In this document: in pieces, positions 49,470 through 58,192 of the stretch | Position numbering within the stretch: position 1 is the stretch's first letter | Layout: each line of letters opens with the position of its first letter | Origin: an uncultured Candidatus Saccharibacteria bacterium | GTDB taxonomy: Bacteria; Patescibacteriota; WWE3; 2-01-FULL-39-13 | Assembly: GCA_965230915.1 (NCBI GenBank) | Contig: OZ246395.1 | Coordinates: forward strand, 664,935-728,934 | Reading direction: 5' to 3' | DNA: 64,000 bases | Notes under the pieces: model-generated | What the model saw: only the letters and a program-made list of their open reading frames with translations | Database searches by the model: none | What the model was told of the DNA's origin: nothing | Position numbers and translations under genes: made by a program

Positions 49470-50970
49470 CCGTAATATTTTCAGGTCTCAAAAGTGGAAA
49501 CATCACACATTCTCGAACCGACTTATTCATTAAAAATGAAAATAATCTTTCACTGACACCGAATCCAGAAACGGGAGGCATTCCGTATTCTAAAGCACGA
49601 ACAAAATCTTCATCATGCATTTGAGCTTCATCGTCGCCTTTCTCACGTAACTCTTGTTGTTTTTTAAATCTTTCAGCTTGATCTATCGGATCATTAAGCT
49701 CGCTGTATCCGTTTCCTTGTTCGCTTCCTGCAATAATAACCTGATATCTTTCTACAAGTTCTGGCTGTTCTGGATTTCTTTTCGCCAAAGGTGAAACTTC
49801 AACTGGATGCCCCGTTAAAAAAACTGGTCCGGCAATTTTTTTACGAATTGATTTCCACAATGTATCAATTAAGCGACCACGCTCATCTTTAGGATCAAAT
49901 TCTAATTTTAATTCTTTCGCTTTTGCCCGAAGTTCATCTGCAGAAGCAGTCAAAATATCAATGTTCAAGTCATCTAATAGAGTTTGACGATAATCAATTT
50001 TCTTCCAATCACCTTCGAAATTAACTTTGTGGTCTCCAATTTCGAAATCGTATTTCCCAAAAGTTTCATGGATTACAAATTTATACATTTCTTCAACCAA
50101 CTTCATTGAATCTAAATAGTTTGCGTAGGCCCAATAAAATTCCATCTGAGTATAATCCTGCAAATGTTCCCGGCTTATTCCTTCATTTCTAAATTGACGC
50201 CCAAGTTCAAAAGTTTTTTCGAATCCGCCAACCATTAATCTTTTTTGCCAAAGTTCTCCCATCGAAATTCTTAGATATACATCAATATCTAAAGCATTGT
50301 GATGTGTTATGAATGGATTTGCGTCTGCACCGCCTGCTGTATTTTCTAGAACAGGAGTCTCAACTTCTAAAAATCCTTTATTTGACAAAAATTGACGCAT
50401 TGAATTCCAAAATTTAGATTTTCTCACGAACATATCTCGAAGTTCTGGATTCAAATTAAAATCAACATATCTTTGTCTAAATCTTTCTTCTTCGTCTTTT
50501 AATCCGAAATGTTTACTTGGAAGTGGCCTTAATGATTTTGTTAAAAGTTTAATTTCGCCAACTAAAACCGAAATTTCTCCACGCTGAGTTTTTGTAACTG
50601 TTCCAGAAGCCTGAATAAAATCTCCCTGGTCAAGTAAGTGCAAATCTGCAAATCCTAAATTTTGTAATTCTTTATTATGTGGAGCTAAAGTATCTTCTTT
50701 TATGTAAAGTTGAACTGATCCTGAAAAATCTTCAATATTAGAGAAAATTAATTTTCCATGCTCCCGCCAGGACATTATTCGCCCAACAACAGTAACTTCT
50801 TTATTTTCTAATTCGTCGTAATTGGATGTGATTTCTGAAAGGTCGTTAGTTTTTACTGCTTTTGAAGGAAATGGCTCAATGCCCATATCCTTAAGCCTAT
50901 TTAATTTCTCAATTCTAATTTGTCTAAGTTGTTCGAGTGGGAGTTGAGTAACCTCAGAATTTGCTGCCAT
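49462..50970 (-). CDS. lysS: Lysyl-tRNA synthetase (class II)
   Basis: 502 aa. N-terminal OB anticodon-binding domain plus class II motifs ('FRNEGISREHLQDYTQMEFY', 'GFGVSERLF'). Confidence 0.9.
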   Translation of the reverse strand: MAANSEVTQLPLEQLRQIRIEKLNRLKDMGIEPFPSKAVKTNDLSEITSNYDELENKEVTVVGRIMSWREHGKLIFSNIEDFSGSVQLYIKEDTLAPHNKELQNLGFADLHLLDQGDFIQASGTVTKTQRGEISVLVGEIKLLTKSLRPLPSKHFGLKDEEERFRQRYVDFNLNPELRDMFVRKSKFWNSMRQFLSNKGFLEVETPVLENTAGGADANPFITHHNALDIDVYLRISMGELWQKRLMVGGFEKTFELGRQFRNEGISREHLQDYTQMEFYWAYANYLDSMKLVEEMYKFVIHETFGKYDFEIGDHKVNFEGDWKKIDYRQTLLDDLNIDILTASADELRAKAKELKLEFDPKDERGRLIDTLWKSIRKKIAGPVFLTGHPVEVSPLAKRNPEQPELVERYQVIIAGSEQGNGYSELNDPIDQAERFKKQQELREKGDDEAQMHDEDFVRALEYGMPPVSGFGVSERLFSFLMNKSVRECVMFPLLRPENITDE

Positions 50971-51031
50971 AGCAATGATTTTACCACTTCCTAATTAAAA
51001 TCCATACATATAATTGGACCTTTTATGATCT

Positions 51032-52414
51032 CTAGGCTACGTGTGGTAATTCAAACAGAATATTGTAAGCTTCGGTATCACCTTCCACAATAATTCTCAA
51101 AAGTTCAACCGCTAATGTAGACATAACCTCTTCAAATTTTGCTCTATCAATTGATATAACCTTATTATCTTCGCCATAAATAACCGCCCCTCCAGCTCTT
51201 AACCGCTTTAAAGCAGCGACATCCCCTCTTATATATGGCTCGAGTTTCTTATCGTAGGGTTCTCTTGAAATTAGGTCAAAATAACCAGATACAAAGCTCT
51301 TCATCATTTTTTCATACAACCTATCGCACATATCACCTTTTTCGACAATTTTTCTTCTTACAGCTTCCATTGTACCGATGGTTGCTTCAAGTTCGGTTCC
51401 TTCACGAGCTTTAGTTCGATCAGAATATTTATGCTCAATTAAAAGCTCACAAACTTCGTGTCCATATCTAAATTCCATTGAATCATCTAAAAGATTGGCT
51501 CTCATTTCTTCCAATAATCCGGGGCCAAAAAATCTATCTATTCGTTTAAGATATTCTTCCCGATTTAAAAGCTGCATGTTTATATTCGAGATAAACTGAA
51601 CTCTGTTATTCCCATCAGCTCCTATTCTTTTATATTGATGCGCTGTTGATCTAGAAACACCGTGCATGGCGCCGCGTGCCAATACGAAATCTTCTCGATA
51701 TCCGCTACGATACCCTTCTAGTAAATCTTCCGCACCTAAATATTCTGCTATTGCGGACTCTATAATTTTAGCTTCCACGGTTTTTTGTTCAGGCGTTAAA
51801 TCACCCAAAACGTATCGAACAGTTGCCGTTGGATTTCCTCCTTTTTCACGTTCTGGGTGTATATAAGATTCAACACCTTGCTCAATTTGAGGAGATAATC
51901 GAACATCAATTCTACAAATATCGTGTGGCAAATCGTACCAAACTTTTTCAGCTAAAGATTCGGCGCGACCTCGACCAGCAAGAAAATCCAAAATAGTTAA
52001 TTCTAAAAACTTTCTGTGATGCGCATATCTTTCATCTTCTGGAATATATCTGAGTGCGTCCCATAAACCGTCAACCAATCTTAAAACTTCATACTCTTGG
52101 GATTTCCAAAAGGTCTTCCAGTCTGTGTAATTAGTTTCATTGGCATATGCGTTATATATATTAGTTGCAGGAATAATAGACCTTACACCCGCCAAAAACA
52201 TTGCAACTTCACACTCATTCAAAGAATCAATTAATTCTGGATCAAAATCTTCAATAGCAAAACCAGCCAGAGCACCAGGTGTGGCAGATTCTATTTTCTG
52301 TTTTTCTAATTTAATTTCTTCGATTTCTTGAACAAGAAGGTCTTTAGGGGAAATCTCATTTTCAGAGGCTAAATTATCTTCGCAAAATACACTATTCATC
52401 TTAGTTAGACTCAA
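51032..52414 (-). CDS. Hypothetical cytoplasmic protein, paralogue of the adjacent ORF, with conserved HExxE-x5-KY motif (possible novel metallohydrolase)
   Basis: 460 aa, no TM helices. 'FRYGHEVCELLIEHKY' and upstream 'AMHGVSRSTAHQY' are both mirrored in ORF 52401..53750. Confidence 0.5.
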   Translation of the reverse strand: MSLTKMNSVFCEDNLASENEISPKDLLVQEIEEIKLEKQKIESATPGALAGFAIEDFDPELIDSLNECEVAMFLAGVRSIIPATNIYNAYANETNYTDWKTFWKSQEYEVLRLVDGLWDALRYIPEDERYAHHRKFLELTILDFLAGRGRAESLAEKVWYDLPHDICRIDVRLSPQIEQGVESYIHPEREKGGNPTATVRYVLGDLTPEQKTVEAKIIESAIAEYLGAEDLLEGYRSGYREDFVLARGAMHGVSRSTAHQYKRIGADGNNRVQFISNINMQLLNREEYLKRIDRFFGPGLLEEMRANLLDDSMEFRYGHEVCELLIEHKYSDRTKAREGTELEATIGTMEAVRRKIVEKGDMCDRLYEKMMKSFVSGYFDLISREPYDKKLEPYIRGDVAALKRLRAGGAVIYGEDNKVISIDRAKFEEVMSTLAVELLRIIVEGDTEAYNILFELPHVA

Positions 52415-53750
52415 TTATTTCGCGTAGTAGAGGTTCGAATTTTGCGATTTCTTTTTCGTTGTTATATCTTGCAAACAATTCTTCAGCGCCTTTTGCGTTT
52501 CTATTCAAAATAATTTGAGAAAGCTCCATAACTAAATTGTCGATTGCTGAATACATCTTAGAATAATTTATTTGAATCTTATTCTCATATATCTGAATAG
52601 CGTCTCTTTCTAATAAATAGTTGAAAATTAATTTATCGCCATCAGAATAAACAGAAACTGAATTATTTTTCTTTCCTTGGTACCAAGTTCTTAACATCGA
52701 AGCCAAGTAGGCTACTAATATATATTGATATTCCTCGGTTGAAATAACACCTTTTAATACATGTATAGCACCTGATTTTAGTCCCATTAAATCTGCGTAT
52801 ACTTCAACGACATGATCGCGATAATTTCTCAATTGGTTATATGCATTTTTATATTTTAATTTGGAAATAGTTTCCGAGATTTCGTGGAAGATAATAACTT
52901 TTGTTCTGGCTTCTTCTAGTTTCTTTTTATCATTGTACGATGAGTCGATAATTTTATGAGCAATTTCATTTACAACAGGTTGCTTCTTGCTCATGTTATT
53001 TGTGTAGATAATTGCTTTAACTCCTAAGTGGAATAAGTTCATATCTGATGGATAATTGCTTGCACTTGGGAATAAATCTGCGTGCCATCCGCCCATTGCG
53101 ATAACTTTGTCAATTCTTACAACGAATTCTGATTCTGAAACGTCTTTAGCAAATGGTGAAGAAGGTAAAATTTCATTTATTACTCCAATGTACTCTTTTA
53201 AGTTTGAATATTCAGATTCATCTCTAACTCTTAAGTTTGCCTGAAAAGCTCTTTTAATTCCAAGTAATTTGTCCTGGTATGTTTCGAGGGGCCCTAATTT
53301 TATATCTATTAAGCTATCTAGTTTTAACCATCTTTTTTCACTCGATTCAAAATTTGCAGATTTTAGATCAGATGCTAGATGTTTTAAATAATCGGCATAG
53401 TCTTTTTGACCATTCTTAGAATACAAAGTTTCCGCAGATTTAAGATGCTTAACGATTTCATTAATTTCTGATTCGAATTCATCGTAATAATAGACACCTT
53501 TAAGTTCTGCGCCTTCTCTTATAACTCTAGTATACGGGCTTAAGATTTTTGCATCTTCTATAGCTGCATCTTCGATTTCGTCTATCGATGCATTAGCAGG
53601 ATAAAATCCTGCAGCAGAATTTACTTGCTGATCATAAATTTCACCACACAAACGGGTAACTTCTTTAAAGTGTTCAACAACATTAACTTCCCAATCTTTT
53701 AAATGGGAAAAATCTACATCTGAATGTTCGAAATAATATTTATTACTCAT
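52401..53750 (-). CDS. Hypothetical cytoplasmic protein, paralogue of the adjacent ORF, with conserved HExxE-x5-KY motif
   Basis: 449 aa. 'IIFHEISETISKLKY' and 'AMGGWHADLFPSASNY' align with ORF 51032..52414. No recognisable named domain. Confidence 0.5.
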   Translation of the reverse strand: MSNKYYFEHSDVDFSHLKDWEVNVVEHFKEVTRLCGEIYDQQVNSAAGFYPANASIDEIEDAAIEDAKILSPYTRVIREGAELKGVYYYDEFESEINEIVKHLKSAETLYSKNGQKDYADYLKHLASDLKSANFESSEKRWLKLDSLIDIKLGPLETYQDKLLGIKRAFQANLRVRDESEYSNLKEYIGVINEILPSSPFAKDVSESEFVVRIDKVIAMGGWHADLFPSASNYPSDMNLFHLGVKAIIYTNNMSKKQPVVNEIAHKIIDSSYNDKKKLEEARTKVIIFHEISETISKLKYKNAYNQLRNYRDHVVEVYADLMGLKSGAIHVLKGVISTEEYQYILVAYLASMLRTWYQGKKNNSVSVYSDGDKLIFNYLLERDAIQIYENKIQINYSKMYSAIDNLVMELSQIILNRNAKGAEELFARYNNEKEIAKFEPLLREIIESN

Positions 53751-54213
53751 ATTTAATTTCTACCACTTTATAAACTACTTTGAAAATTGGTGTCTCAACT
53801 TTGACTTCACTGCCAAGCTTTGCTCCCAGTAACGCACTACCAACTGGAGATTCGTTTGAAATATATCTTTTTGTAGGATCTGCTTCTGCGCTACCAACAA
53901 TTGTAAAAGTGTCCCGCTTACCTTCTGATTCGACAACTACACAGCTACCAATCATAACTACGTCATTTTCAATATCTTCTTTTGAAACAATTTGAGCGTG
54001 GGCTAATATATCTTCGATCTCTTGAATTTTACCGTCGATATAATTTTGCTCTTCAACTGCAGCGTCAAAAACTACGTTTTCTAAGACATTTCCCATGTCA
54101 CGTGCATCTTTCATCTTAGCAGCTACTGTGGTTCGGCTTAACTCTCGTAGATGCTTAAGTTCTTCTTTAAGTTTTTTAAACCCGTCCTGTGTTAAAAATT
54201 GTTTTTCGGCCAT
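53743..54213 (-). CDS. GreA-family protein with Asp to Asn substitution at the catalytic tip (Gfh1-like, probably cleavage-deficient paralogue)
   Basis: 156 aa GreA fold. Coiled-coil tip reads 'GNVLEN' where canonical GreA has 'GDxSEN'. C-terminal FKBP-like domain is intact. Confidence 0.75.
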   Translation of the reverse strand: MAEKQFLTQDGFKKLKEELKHLRELSRTTVAAKMKDARDMGNVLENVVFDAAVEEQNYIDGKIQEIEDILAHAQIVSKEDIENDVVMIGSCVVVESEGKRDTFTIVGSAEADPTKRYISNESPVGSALLGAKLGSEVKVETPIFKVVYKVVEIKYE

Positions 54214-54234
54214 TTCTTTTGAAGTCCAGCCCGA

Positions 54235-54711
54235 TTACTTAACTTCGATTACTTTATACTTAACTATTCCAGCTGGTGCCTTCACCTCAACTATATCCCC
54301 GACCCTTTTGCCTAATAAAGCCTGTCCCAACGGAGATTCATGAGAAATCTTATTCTCTGCGAAGTTTACTTCCTCTGCGCCTACAAGTGAATAGGTAATT
54401 TTATCCTTTTGAGTTTCAAGAATTACAGTTCTACCTACAGATACAGTGCCATGAGGAGCTTTTGCAACATCCTCAGCTACCTCTGCTCTCTTTAAAATGT
54501 CTTCGAGTTCACGAATTCTACCTTCTATAAAGGACTGTTTTTCGCGAGCAGCACTATACATGCCATTTTCACTGACATCACCTAATGCTCTTGCGCTTTG
54601 CAATTCTTCTAAAATTGCAGGTCTCTGAACTTTTGTTAAATCTTCGTACTCCTGTTGAATTGTCGCCAACCCTTCTTTTGTAAGAAGTATTTTATTATCT
54701 TTTTTAATCAT
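54235..54711 (-). CDS. greA: Transcription elongation factor GreA
   Basis: 158 aa. Tip 'LGDVSENGMYSAAREKQ' has the canonical acidic Asp/Glu pair. C-terminal 'ESPLGQALLGKRVGDIVEV'. Confidence 0.85.
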   Translation of the reverse strand: MIKKDNKILLTKEGLATIQQEYEDLTKVQRPAILEELQSARALGDVSENGMYSAAREKQSFIEGRIRELEDILKRAEVAEDVAKAPHGTVSVGRTVILETQKDKITYSLVGAEEVNFAENKISHESPLGQALLGKRVGDIVEVKAPAGIVKYKVIEVK

Positions 54712-55006
54712 ATTCGTATTATTTGGTTTTAAGTCGCAAAAGCATAACCCTTATAAAAAGGCTTCGTACTTATGTGCCGCTTAAAAACTAATAATATTAT
54801 AAATAACTTAAAATGGAAATGCCTAATCTATGGGAAGATTAGAAGAAACACTCCACTACATAGTTCTGTTATGCAATGAATATTTTATCTTATCTATTAT
54901 ATAAGTCAATGTGTCGAAAGCCACTCCACGACAGGCTTTTTTGACTGTTTATATTGATTTTCAGCTGAAAAATGAGGCTGGGCTTTAATTACTATAGTAA
55001 ATAAAA

Positions 55007-55012
55007 TATAAT
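55007..55012 (+). promoter_or_regulatory. Candidate -10 box (TATAAT) about 45 nt upstream of tRNA-Glu
   Basis: Seen directly. A weak -35-like TTAATT lies 16 nt upstream. Confidence 0.25.
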
Positions 55013-55056
55013 AGGAGAGCTCAAATACAGGCTTTTTAGGCCTTTTTGAAGCTTGT

Positions 55057-55133
55057 GGCCCCGTCGTCTAGCGGTTCAGGACATCAGGTTCTCATCCTGA
55101 AGATCGCGGGTTCGAATCCCGCCGGGGTCACCA
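55057..55133 (+). tRNA. tRNA-Glu (anticodon CUC), CCA encoded
   Basis: Manual cloverleaf folding. Acceptor GGCCCCG/CGGGGTC, D-arm GTCT/GGAC, anticodon stem TCAGG/CCTGA with loop TTCTCAT, T-arm GCGGG-TTCGAAT-CCCGC, discriminator A plus CCA. Confidence 0.85.
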
Positions 55134-55203
55134 TAGATTCTTGAGCTCTGAGCTTTTCCCCTATATCATTTAATAAGTATATTTATTAAAAGGAGATACT
55201 TTA

Positions 55204-55395
55204 GTGGAAAATAAAATTATCGGAATAATGGTGATGAATTTAATGATAGGCGTTCTTTTTTTGATCTTAGGAATTATCAAATTTGTTAACCCAAATCCAA
55301 AAGACGAAATGGACTTACTATTTGGTGTTATCTACCTATTATCAGGACTCACCATGTCTGGCGTATCAATATATAGGTTAATCGTTAAAAAATAA
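55204..55395 (+). CDS. Small 2-TM membrane protein (GTG start, strong SD AAGGAG)
   Basis: 63 aa. SD 'aaaggaga' lies 8 nt upstream of the GTG. Two hydrophobic helices. Confidence 0.45.
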   Translation: MENKIIGIMVMNLMIGVLFLILGIIKFVNPNPKDEMDLLFGVIYLLSGLTMSGVSIYRLIVKK

Positions 55396-55403
55396 GGGGT
55401 TAA

Positions 55404-55994
55404 TTAGAATTCCGGCTCTTCAGTGTAATAAAAGTCACATAAATCGACGTTATTTACTACATCTCCACCTGAAACATTTAATTTAATAAGTTCGTGACCA
55501 TCGTCCGCATTACAAATATCTGCACTGCTGTTAATTCCACATTTCGTGTAATAACCCGAAATATAATCTTCGTTACCACTAGCATGAGCTTGATATCTTA
55601 AAACATATTCTCCGGGGTCAACTTCAATTTTATAAGATGAAAACTCTCCATCGTAATCAATAGTTGTTAATTTATTTGTCTGTGTATTTTTAGCAACAAT
55701 TTCACCCTTTGGTAAAAAATTAGAAGGATAGCAAAGTTTTCCATTGATTGTAGCTTTGCTAACAGCAATTACATTTGGGTCTTCTTGAAGATTTTTATCG
55801 ATAGATTCGTCAATCGCATTTTCTAAAACCTTATCATTTTTATCGTAAATATATGTGTCGCTCTGATTATCATCTGCTTTATAATTGGCAACCTTTTTTT
55901 CAGATTTTGTGTAGTCGAGGAAAATATAAACTCCGGCAATTATTACTAAAACTGTAAGGACCCCTAATATAAATGATGTTGCTGCGTTTGCCAT
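55404..55994 (-). CDS. Membrane-anchored extracytoplasmic protein with 4 Cys, function unknown
   Basis: 196 aa. N-terminal TM anchor then a soluble domain with C..C...C....C. Start overlaps the stop of the upstream ORF (translationally coupled pair). Confidence 0.5.
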   Translation of the reverse strand: MANAATSFILGVLTVLVIIAGVYIFLDYTKSEKKVANYKADDNQSDTYIYDKNDKVLENAIDESIDKNLQEDPNVIAVSKATINGKLCYPSNFLPKGEIVAKNTQTNKLTTIDYDGEFSSYKIEVDPGEYVLRYQAHASGNEDYISGYYTKCGINSSADICNADDGHELIKLNVSGGDVVNNVDLCDFYYTEEPEF

Positions 55995-56572
55995 TATTTT
56001 AAAAATATTATTTGATTTTGGTCAGTTTCCACTTCTTTTTGTTTCTTTGCTGTAGCCTCGCGAATTGTCGTAACCTTATCTGAAAACATTTTATTAGACT
56101 CTTCTGTGGATTTGATCCAACTTACCATATCTTCGGTTAAATTTTCTCCTACATATCTTAATGCATCTTCAAAATTCATATTCGGATATGCAACCATAAC
56201 ATTTTTAGCACTTTTTTCGAATTGTAGATATAGGCTTTCGGCTTCAGCATCTGTAATTCCATATTTTTCTTTTATAGTAGACTTTTGTTCTGAGCGAGAT
56301 AGCTCGCTTTCACGCATTCCTGAATCGTTCTGCGCAATAAAATTTAATGTATCAATTGCCGCACCTGCAACGTTTGAATTCGATGTTAGTTCTAAATGTG
56401 GTTCAGATGTAAGTTGGGCTAAATTAGGTTTAGCTTCAAGGTATTGATCTACAACCTGATTGGCGTAGTTAGCTACGCGCTGAGTGTCCTCGGTATTCGG
56501 ATAACGCTTATCCTCATTTTCAGAAGGAGTTCCATAAGGAAAAAGAGTAGCTATAGAGGGCTGGGCTTCCAT
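55994..56572 (-). CDS. Hypothetical acidic soluble protein, function unknown
   Basis: 192 aa with no TM helices and no recognisable motif. Co-directional with and directly downstream of tgt. Confidence 0.45.
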   Translation of the reverse strand: MEAQPSIATLFPYGTPSENEDKRYPNTEDTQRVANYANQVVDQYLEAKPNLAQLTSEPHLELTSNSNVAGAAIDTLNFIAQNDSGMRESELSRSEQKSTIKEKYGITDAEAESLYLQFEKSAKNVMVAYPNMNFEDALRYVGENLTEDMVSWIKSTEESNKMFSDKVTTIREATAKKQKEVETDQNQIIFLK

Positions 56573-56588
56573 AAACTCAATTTTAGCA

Positions 56589-57701
56589 TTAACTACAGAG
56601 TTCCATAATCATAGAATACATCCTTAAGTTATGAATTGTAGCTAATCTCCAGGCTAATGAATCGCCTATTGTGAACAAATGATGTAAATATGAAAGTTTA
56701 TAATTTTTACATGTATAACAATCGCAAAACTCGCTAATGGGTCTTTCATCACGAACAAATTTTTCACGCGAAATATATACATATTCATACCAATCGGTTT
56801 CGGTATATATATCTTTAATATTTTTTGGATCTTTCTTAAAAACATACAAACGTTCATGTCGCGCATCGCGAGTCGGAAGAACACAATCGAAAATTCCATA
56901 CCCTAAACGAACGCAGTCTACTAATGCTTGTGGGTTACCTATTCCCAATCCATATCGGGGCTTTGTGCCGGGGGTTACACGTGCGATATGTTCGATAATA
57001 TCAAGATCGATCTGCATGTCTTCTGTAAAAGTCCATCCGCCAAGGCCGTAGCCATCAAAACCAATTTGTTCGAGCTCGGTTGCTGATCTTTCACGCTCTT
57101 TTTTTGAATGGGCACCTTGAACAACTCCAAATAAGTGAGGTCGGGTTTCGTCTGTTAACTTTCTTTGAGCACATTGTTTTTCAAATTCATCTTTGCATCG
57201 TTTTGCCCATTCGGTTGTCCAATCTACACTAACTTTGATTTCATCGTCTTTTGCATTAAATGGGGTAAAGTAATCCAAAACGATCATAATATCTGATCCG
57301 ATATCAAATTGAATCTGAATACATTTTTCTGGCGTTATTTGATATTTTTTACGTCCGCCCTTTGAATGCAAATGAAAAGTGACCCCATCCCTGGTAATTT
57401 TTCCTAGTGATTTATTTTTGTGAATTAAAGAAAACATTTGAAACCCACCAGAATCTGAAATTATCCAGCCAGGCCAAGACATAAAGCTTTTTACCCCACC
57501 TACACTTTTTAAAACGCTGGGCCCAGGTTGAGAAAGCAAATGGTAAGTGTTAACGATAAGGCCTTTGATTTGTTCATCGACAAGATCTTGAGAATCTAAA
57601 CTTCGAATAACCCCTCTGGTTGCATCTGGAAAGAAAACGGGTAACTTTTCAGTTTTTCCTTTAATTTTTATTGAATCTACGCGGTTTATTGCATCTGACA
57701 T
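56589..57701 (-). CDS. tgt: Queuine tRNA-ribosyltransferase
   Basis: 370 aa. Catalytic 'DSGGFQ' and zinc site 'CDCYTCKNY...H' are canonical bacterial Tgt blocks. Confidence 0.85.
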   Translation of the reverse strand: MSDAINRVDSIKIKGKTEKLPVFFPDATRGVIRSLDSQDLVDEQIKGLIVNTYHLLSQPGPSVLKSVGGVKSFMSWPGWIISDSGGFQMFSLIHKNKSLGKITRDGVTFHLHSKGGRKKYQITPEKCIQIQFDIGSDIMIVLDYFTPFNAKDDEIKVSVDWTTEWAKRCKDEFEKQCAQRKLTDETRPHLFGVVQGAHSKKERERSATELEQIGFDGYGLGGWTFTEDMQIDLDIIEHIARVTPGTKPRYGLGIGNPQALVDCVRLGYGIFDCVLPTRDARHERLYVFKKDPKNIKDIYTETDWYEYVYISREKFVRDERPISEFCDCYTCKNYKLSYLHHLFTIGDSLAWRLATIHNLRMYSMIMELCS

Positions 57702-57784
57702 ACAGGCAATAGTTTAAAGGATTTTAACTTCAATAGAAAGGCCCGAGGCTGTAAAATATGATAAGGTAATAATATTGTTTAAAA

Positions 57785-58192
57785 ATGATCACTAAAAAAG
57801 CTGTAATTTTACCAATACTAGTTGTCTTATCTCTTCAAGGAGTTATTGGATCGATAATGTTTTATAGGCAACAGTCAGAAAAAGTTACCAGCTACTTAAC
57901 TTCTGAAACCGGAAAAGTTGCCGGAACCTCAACCTCAGAAATAATTGATTTGAGCAAAGAAATTCCACTCGTGCCTGGTGCAGAAGTATCAAGTATCGAC
58001 ACCTCACAAAATATAGTTTCATTGACAGTTGAAAGCTCACTCCCTGAAGAAGAAATTAATACTTACTATGATGACTTTATGCTTTTAAATGGCTGGACTC
58101 AAATAAGTGACAACGAATACCAGAAAGAAAATAAAAAGCTAAAAATTGAGGTTACTGGAAATATTATTAAACTTACGCTAATTCGCAGCTAA
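57785..58192 (+). CDS. Small secreted/membrane-anchored protein, function unknown
   Basis: 135 aa with an N-terminal signal/TM segment and a Ser/Thr-rich region. Confidence 0.4.
   Translation: MITKKAVILPILVVLSLQGVIGSIMFYRQQSEKVTSYLTSETGKVAGTSTSEIIDLSKEIPLVPGAEVSSIDTSQNIVSLTVESSLPEEEINTYYDDFMLLNGWTQISDNEYQKENKKLKIEVTGNIIKLTLIRS

Noticed and set aside
51032-53750. Assigning the tandem unknown ORFs to zincin (HEXXH) peptidases
   Set aside because: The motif is HExxE with Lys-Tyr downstream, not HEXXH, and there is no second His at +4. I could not support a zincin call from sequence alone.
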